A model generated the notes under the pieces. It had not been told where the DNA came from. It searched no databases and saw only the letters and a program-made list of their open reading frames with translations. A stretch of 64,000 nucleotides of DNA. Source: an uncultured bacterium. GTDB lineage: Bacteria > Planctomycetota > UBA1135 > GCA-002686595. Positions 58,515-64,000 of this stretch are shown here, one piece after another. Made by a program: the position numbers and the translations under genes. The stretch spans positions 288,001-352,000 of the forward strand of contig CALSNU010000004.1 of NCBI GenBank assembly GCA_943787795.1. Reading direction: 5' to 3'. The first letter of the stretch is position 1; every line of letters begins with the position of its first letter.

Positions 58515-59014
58515 GTCGCCCGCGCGGCCCAGAGGGCGGCCCAAAGGACGCGGCCCCAATGGACGGCGACGACCGCTACGTCTCGCGTCCAGGGGATGAG
58601 GTGGTCGAGCCCCTGTTCGGGGCCCTCCGCTCGGATCCGGATCCAGGCGCCGAACCACGCCAGGGGCCCTCGCCCGGCCTCCTCGCCCGTCTACGCCAGA
58701 TGCTCCGCGGAAAGCCCGCCGCAGGGCGCCGCGACTGGTTCGTTTGCCCCGTCTGCGGTGCGGAGGTTGAGGTGAGAGCCCCCTCCTGCCGGGAGTGCGG
58801 CTCGGACGAGCGCACCGGCTGGTCCGAGGCCACGGCCTACGATGACCTCGACCTGCCCACGCCGGAGGGTCCGGAGATCCCCGACACCTTCGAGGAGTTC
58901 ACGCAGGCCTCGTCTCCCCGCCGCGGGGTGCCGCCTCGACTCCTGCTCGGCTTGCTCGCCGTCGCGCTCTCGCTCATCGTCGCGCGAGCCGCGCAGCTGA
59001 TCTTCGCGAGCTAG
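58511..59014 (+). CDS. Zinc-ribbon protein with C-terminal TM helix
   Basis: CPVCG...CRECGSDERTGWS; hydrophobic C-terminus; ATGA overlap with ygfZ. Confidence 0.7.
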   Translation: MSRPRGPEGGPKDAAPMDGDDRYVSRPGDEVVEPLFGALRSDPDPGAEPRQGPSPGLLARLRQMLRGKPAAGRRDWFVCPVCGAEVEVRAPSCRECGSDERTGWSEATAYDDLDLPTPEGPEIPDTFEEFTQASSPRRGVPPRLLLGLLAVALSLIVARAAQLIFAS

Positions 59015-60054
59015 TCGCGCCACTCGGCGATTTGCGCCTCGGCGAGGCGGATCGCGACCCGCGCAGGCGCGTCATCTTCCTCGAGGGCGCAATCGAGAAT
59101 GCGCTCAGCCACCGCGCCGATGCGCTTGCCGATGGCCTCGACCGGCTCACGACGGCGCTCGAGGTGGAAGATGGTCCCACGCACCAGCGCCCCCGCGTTG
59201 ATGACGAAGTCCGGTGTGTATAGCACCCCCATGTCGTGCAACTCATCCCCCACGAGCATTCGCGCCAGCTGGTTGTTGGCGCCCCCCGCGACGATCTTGC
59301 ATCGCAGCCGGCTAAGGGACAGGTCGTGAAAGAGCCCGCCCAGCGCGTTCGGGCTGAACACGTCACAGGGAATCTCCAAGGCGCTGCCCGGGTCCACGAT
59401 CTCGATGTCGAGCTCGTCGGAGACGGCGAGCGCGCGAGCCTCGACCACGTCGCAGCCCAGGACCCGCGCGCGGAGCCGTCTCGCGCGCCGCGCCACCCCG
59501 CTCCCCACGGCGCCGAGCCCCTGCACGACGATGGTCCGTGACTCCCACTCCTCGGCCCCGAAGCGCGAGCGGAGCGCGGCGGCCATGCCTTGAAAGACGC
59601 CCTCTGCGGTCGCCTCGGCGAGCTCCCCTGGGCCAGCGTCTCCAGGGTCCGTCACGTAGGTGGTCTGCTCCGCGACCGAGGCCAACTCCTCGGCCCCCGT
59701 ATTCACATCGGGGCCGGTGTAGAAGGTGCCCCCGAGCGTCTGCACCACGTCTCCGATATGGCGATAGGCGCGGGGCCAGTCCACCCGCTCATCGTCCATG
59801 AGGACGATCTTCCCGCCACCAGCCGGGAGGTCGAGGAGCGCCGCCTTGTGGGTCATGGCCCGGGACAGCCTCAGGCAGTCGAACAGGGCCTCACGCTCAT
59901 CCCGGTACTCCCGACGGCGAATCCCCCCGAAGGCGGGGCCACGGACCGTGTCATGGATCCCGAGGAAAGCCCGAAGCCCAGACCTCCGGTCATGGATCGC
60001 TGAGACCTGCTCGAAGCCCTCCCGGGCCATGGCATCAAGGACGTGGACAGACAT
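59011..60054 (-). CDS. Leu/Phe/Val dehydrogenase family protein
   Basis: IHDT.RGPAFGGIR, LSRAMTHK, GGGK, TGPDVNT, VQGLGAVG, GGANNQL and PDFVINAG. Confidence 0.92.
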   Translation of the reverse strand: MSVHVLDAMAREGFEQVSAIHDRRSGLRAFLGIHDTVRGPAFGGIRRREYRDEREALFDCLRLSRAMTHKAALLDLPAGGGKIVLMDDERVDWPRAYRHIGDVVQTLGGTFYTGPDVNTGAEELASVAEQTTYVTDPGDAGPGELAEATAEGVFQGMAAALRSRFGAEEWESRTIVVQGLGAVGSGVARRARRLRARVLGCDVVEARALAVSDELDIEIVDPGSALEIPCDVFSPNALGGLFHDLSLSRLRCKIVAGGANNQLARMLVGDELHDMGVLYTPDFVINAGALVRGTIFHLERRREPVEAIGKRIGAVAERILDCALEEDDAPARVAIRLAEAQIAEWRD

Positions 60055-60180
60055 TGGCGCGTGTGAGGTTAGCGGCGGCGGGCAACGTGCGGCCCCGTAT
60101 CATCCGGGAAGCTATGGTTGCCGGGAAGAAGCCCCGGGAAGCGTCGTCCTGCCCTCCCCCGCCCCCCCCGATCTCCGACC

Positions 60181-61140
60181 ATGCGATTCCTCCTCAATGG
60201 CGCCCTGTGCGCCGCTGCCGCCGCGCTCGCCGCGTGCAACTCCCCCGGTGAACAGCAGACACCTGCCACCGGTCAAGAGGTCGAGTGGATCGGACCGGAG
60301 GGTCCCGAGCCCTACGACCCCAACCTCACCAAGGACCGGCGCTTGGCCGGCGACATCCTGGCGGACATCGACAAGTCCCTGCAGATCTGGGTCAACATCA
60401 CGCTGACCGGGAACCCGGCGAAGGACGGATCGACGCTCAACATTGTCGAGGCAGATCTCCGTCGAAAGGTCAGAGCCAAGCTCCCCGTGATCGTGGAGCA
60501 GCTCGAGACCGGCCCCCCGATCAACCGTCAGATCTCGGCCGCAGCCCTCGGATTCAGTGGGAACCCGGAGGCCCTGGGCCCCCTGCTCGCCGCACTCGAC
60601 GATGACTCCGCCGACGTCGTCGCCAACGCGCTCCTCGGCCTGTCGATCCTCGCCGACCCTGAGACCCCGAGGATCCTCCTGGCGGCCGAGTTGGAGAACG
60701 TGGACCAGCCCTTCAACGTCCGGAGTCAGGCCGGTCGTGCGCTGCGAGCTGTGGGCCTCTACGACCTCGGTGAGGCAGACCGCGCAGCCGTGATCCGCGC
60801 GGCGAGGGCCGCGCTCGGTGACGCGAACGAGGGCCTCCGCCCCAGCGGAGCGATCATCCTCGCCGAGGTGGTCGACACCGACTCCGTCCCGGAGCTCGCC
60901 AGGGCGCTGATGGACCCTACCCCGCTCGTGGCGCGGGCGGCCTCCCGTGCCCTCGCGCGGATCGGTAGCGTGGATCGCAAGTTCGAGGGACAGGCCGCTC
61001 GCGCGCTCACCGCAGCCCTCGAGGTCGTCGATCAGGACACCGTTCGGCCCGCGATTCTCAGGGATCTCCAGGCCCTCGCCGGGAAGAACTACGGGGACGA
61101 TGTGGAAGAGTGGGTCAGGTACTCCCAGAAGCTTCCCTGA
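60181..61140 (+). CDS. HEAT-repeat lipoprotein
   Basis: Lipobox ALAAC; repeats such as SAAALG...ALGPLLAALDD..ADV.ANALLGL and LARALMDPTPLVARAASRALARIG. Confidence 0.8.
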   Translation: MRFLLNGALCAAAAALAACNSPGEQQTPATGQEVEWIGPEGPEPYDPNLTKDRRLAGDILADIDKSLQIWVNITLTGNPAKDGSTLNIVEADLRRKVRAKLPVIVEQLETGPPINRQISAAALGFSGNPEALGPLLAALDDDSADVVANALLGLSILADPETPRILLAAELENVDQPFNVRSQAGRALRAVGLYDLGEADRAAVIRAARAALGDANEGLRPSGAIILAEVVDTDSVPELARALMDPTPLVARAASRALARIGSVDRKFEGQAARALTAALEVVDQDTVRPAILRDLQALAGKNYGDDVEEWVRYSQKLP

Positions 61141-61199
61141 TCGACCCTGCCCGCCGGCTCGATCGAAACCTCACCGGAGTCGGGAGGTACGTCCCCAAG

Positions 61200-62771
61200 A
61201 TGCGACCCCTGACGCGCGAGAGGAGACGAGAGCCACGCACGCTCCAGCACGGCCCAGCACGCCTGCCTGCGATCATCTTGGTCGGGCTGCTGGCTGCCGG
61301 GAGCGCCGCGCGCGGGAGTGACCCAGTCGAGATGGGCCCAGGCAAGATGGGCCCAGTCGAGATGGGCCCAGTCGAGATGGGCCCAGTCGAGATGGGCCCA
61401 GTCGAGATGGGCCCAGCCGAGATGAACCCAGCTGAGATGGACTCAGCCGGGAGTTCGGCAAGCGGCAGCGATCCCAGCGGCAGTCATCCCAGCGGCAGTC
61501 ATCCGGGCGGCGGTGATCTGGGCGGCGGTGATCCGGGCGGCGGTGATCCGGGCGGTAGTGATCTGGGCGGTAGTGATCTGGGCGGCAGTGCCGCCCCCCC
61601 CCACCAGGCGGCATCGACAGAGGACCCGCTGGACAAGGCTGCGGCCCGAGCGCTGCGTGAGGCGCCGCCTCGCGCGCGGATCGGGAAGATCCGCGGTGCG
61701 AGGTTCCTGTCCCGGATCGACTTCGACGATCCCGAGGCCGGCCCGCACGAATTGAGCTTCAGCGCGGCCTTCCCTGGACGCTCAAGGCTGGTGCTCTCCC
61801 GCGACAGGTGGAGCGTCGAGCGCTTCCAACTCGGCGACGCGTGGTTCGGGCTGGATCGCTCGAACGAGAGATCGGAGTCCGAGCCGAAGAGCGTCCTCCT
61901 CACCGGATCGACCCTCGACTCCGCACGCTTCGACGTCGCCATGAGGAGGACCCTCTTCTTCTGGCCAGACGCGGGCGGCCTCACCGGAGAGGGCTTCACC
62001 AGGACCGCGAAGGTCGCGGACAACGGGATCCTCATCGCCACCCTGGACCGGGAGAGCGGCCGACCCAGTGGCCTGAAGGCCTTCGGCAAGGATGGATCCG
62101 CCCAGGCCGAGTTCCGCTCGATCACCTGGCGTGAGGCCAGGGGCCGTTGGTGGCCATCACAGTTCGAGCTCCACGTGGACGGGCGGCGAGTCTGGCAAGA
62201 GACCGTGGAGAAGGTCGAGGACGGCTGGAACTTCACCGACCTGTGGTTCCTGCCCGTGGATCGCTCCAGGGGCCTCACCGGCCAGCCCAATGACGCGCGG
62301 CTTCGGATGATCCCCTCGCCGCCGGCCTGGGTCCGCGAGTCTCCCGTCTCGGCGGGCGCTGACCTCGCGGCGTGCCGCCGAGCGGGGCAAGAGGCGCTCG
62401 CCAAGGCCAAGCTCGAGCTCGGCGAACTGGGGCTCAAGGTCAGCCCTCGGTTCATCGTGATCCTGGACGACGAGCGCCGTCCAAGCGGGCTGCTGATTCA
62501 GGCGATCCGCCCCCAGGCAGGAGAGGAGCGCATCCGGGAGCTGGAGGGCTGGAGGCCGTCTGCCGCCGCCCTGACGTGGACGTTTGCTGCGGGGAGCACC
62601 CTCCCCGAGGGCGCGACCTTCGAGGCCGTGGAGAGCGCTGTCGCTTCGAGCGGCGACCCGCTGGGCCGTCCCGGCCTGGTCCTCGAAGCTGACCCGCTCA
62701 CCCCCATCACCGTCTTCCAGGCGTTCCGGGTGCCAGAGTCTGAGCTTCCCCCGTCGCCGCGGACCCCTTGA
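61200..62771 (+). CDS. Hypothetical exported protein with in-frame pentapeptide tandem repeats
   Basis: Hydrophobic signal-like segment, (GPVEM)n and (GGGDP/GGSDL)n repeats, then a beta-rich domain (...GRWWPSQFEL...) loosely resembling LolA-like folds. Confidence 0.6.
   Translation: MRPLTRERRREPRTLQHGPARLPAIILVGLLAAGSAARGSDPVEMGPGKMGPVEMGPVEMGPVEMGPVEMGPAEMNPAEMDSAGSSASGSDPSGSHPSGSHPGGGDLGGGDPGGGDPGGSDLGGSDLGGSAAPPHQAASTEDPLDKAAARALREAPPRARIGKIRGARFLSRIDFDDPEAGPHELSFSAAFPGRSRLVLSRDRWSVERFQLGDAWFGLDRSNERSESEPKSVLLTGSTLDSARFDVAMRRTLFFWPDAGGLTGEGFTRTAKVADNGILIATLDRESGRPSGLKAFGKDGSAQAEFRSITWREARGRWWPSQFELHVDGRRVWQETVEKVEDGWNFTDLWFLPVDRSRGLTGQPNDARLRMIPSPPAWVRESPVSAGADLAACRRAGQEALAKAKLELGELGLKVSPRFIVILDDERRPSGLLIQAIRPQAGEERIRELEGWRPSAAALTWTFAAGSTLPEGATFEAVESAVASSGDPLGRPGLVLEADPLTPITVFQAFRVPESELPPSPRTP
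61322..61590 (+). repeat. In-frame 15-bp tandem repeat arrays
   Basis: About 8 x CCCAGTCGAGATGGG followed by about 8 x GGCGGTGATCCGGGC-type units. Confidence 0.9.
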
Positions 62772-63000
62772 GAGGTCATGTGAAGCGTCCTCCTGAGTGG
62801 ACGCACGACGACCCTCCTCCGACCTGCCCGGCCTCATATGACTCACTATGAGACACTTCGTCGATCCCTTGCCCGCCTAGGATGCCGTTAGAGGACCGCG
62901 AGAGCCGTTAGGCTGCCACTCTGGACCCACGGGCGAGGGTCCGGCACGCCATTTGTTCCTCCTTGGCGTCCCCATACCTCCTCCCCCAATGGAGAAGCCC

Positions 63001-64000
63001 ATGACCTGCCGACCCAGCCGCCTGAACCGCTCCCCCCTTCGCCGAGCCCTTCGCCTCGTTGCCCTCAGCGCCGCGGGCACCCTTCTCGGACTGAGCGGGT
63101 CGCCTGCCCTCGCGGCCACGATGGAGCCAGCCTCGGTGGAGCCTGCCATGGTGGAGCCAGCCACGGTGGAGATCGCCCAGCCTGATCCTGCCCAGCGAAC
63201 GACCCAAAGATCCGCCACGTCCAGGACTTCGAGCTCCCGCTCTGCCTCCCAACGGACCACCACGCAGCGAAGCAGCCCCCAGCGGTCCCAGCGCTCGACG
63301 CCGCAGCGCACGAGCAGCCCCCGACGGACCTCCTCCTCCACGCGCTCCACGCCTTCGCGCGGGAGCTCTTCACCCACACGGACGACCTCGAGGCCCTCCA
63401 CCTCCCGACCGTCCGCGACGCCCTCACGGCCCACCTACACCCCCACCCGCACGTCCACCCCGTCCCGGACCTCCGGCTCGAACTCCGTCATCAGCGGACG
63501 GCCCGCGCCGACGCCGACGCGCACCTCCACTCCGCCTTTGAGCCGGCCCAGCTCCAGCCAGCCGCAGCCCATCGGATCCCCGGCCACGGGCTGGTCGACT
63601 CCCGGCCGCTCGAGCTCATCGGGGAGCCCCGCCACCGTCTCGACGCCGAACCGGAGCGTGCCGACGGTGATCGACTTCGGAGAGGCCGTGGTGCCCGCCC
63701 GACGTCCCTTCCCGACGCCGAGCGCATCGCCGACGCGGGCGACTGGCAGCGCTGGTCGGGGCCGTTCGCTGAACCAGCGGGTCCGGGGCCTCAGCTCGGA
63801 TGTGGACCTCGCCCGCGTTCGCGAGACCGCCGCCTCCACGCCGCGGTCGAAGGGACAGCTGAGCCACTCGGACGTGCTCTCCCGCTATCGCCCGAGCGCT
63901 GCCGCCGCGGCGCCCGCGCCGCGCTCCTCAACCTCTGGCGCCAGCACGGAGGGTTCCACCGCAGACCGGATCTCTGCGGCACGCCGCCAGGCTGCTGCTG
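63001..64000 (+). CDS. Exported Ser/Thr/Arg/Pro-rich low-complexity protein, 3'-truncated (absent from the ORF track)
   Basis: GGAG RBS at about 62991 and ATG at 63001; MTCRPSRLNRSPLRRALRLVALSAAGTLLGLSGSPALA signal peptide; no stop codon before the window end. Confidence 0.7.
   Translation, partial: MTCRPSRLNRSPLRRALRLVALSAAGTLLGLSGSPALAATMEPASVEPAMVEPATVEIAQPDPAQRTTQRSATSRTSSSRSASQRTTTQRSSPQRSQRSTPQRTSSPRRTSSSTRSTPSRGSSSPTRTTSRPSTSRPSATPSRPTYTPTRTSTPSRTSGSNSVISGRPAPTPTRTSTPPLSRPSSSQPQPIGSPATGWSTPGRSSSSGSPATVSTPNRSVPTVIDFGEAVVPARRPFPTPSASPTRATGSAGRGRSLNQRVRGLSSDVDLARVRETAASTPRSKGQLSHSDVLSRYRPSAAAAAPAPRSSTSGASTEGSTADRISAARRQAAA

Overview
High-GC bacterial chromosomal DNA, most likely Planctomycetota (inferred from the DUF1501/DUF1800 pair, the FG-GAP/ASPIC-UnbV protein and the gene style). 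It is mostly housekeeping: hisS, hutI, recO, ftsH-folP-dacA-glmM-tsaB, ruvX, rnpB, mtnP, truD, rluA-type, hpt, ctaA/ctaB/SCO, ygfZ and a Leu/Phe/Val dehydrogenase. I saw no tRNA, rRNA, CRISPR array or mobile element. Best candidates for something new: (1) at the left edge, a putative RiPP cluster of two translationally coupled cobalamin-binding radical SAM genes, at least one with a C-terminal PqqD/RRE-like domain, followed by a 58-aa acidic peptide ending ...LDLTVETVEERISPSETNVFDK; (2) a bacterial histone-fold protein with a Lys/Ala-rich N-terminal tail; (3) an AhpD-like selenoprotein (CxxU plus a SECIS-like hairpin) that the ORF track splits in two; (4) a small Sm/Hfq-like protein; (5) a CdaA-CdaR-like fusion; (6) many short, drifting tandem repeats at gene 3' ends. 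Three genes carry +1 frameshifts in C/G homopolymers, probably sequencing errors. All family assignments come from motifs recognised by eye; no searches were run.
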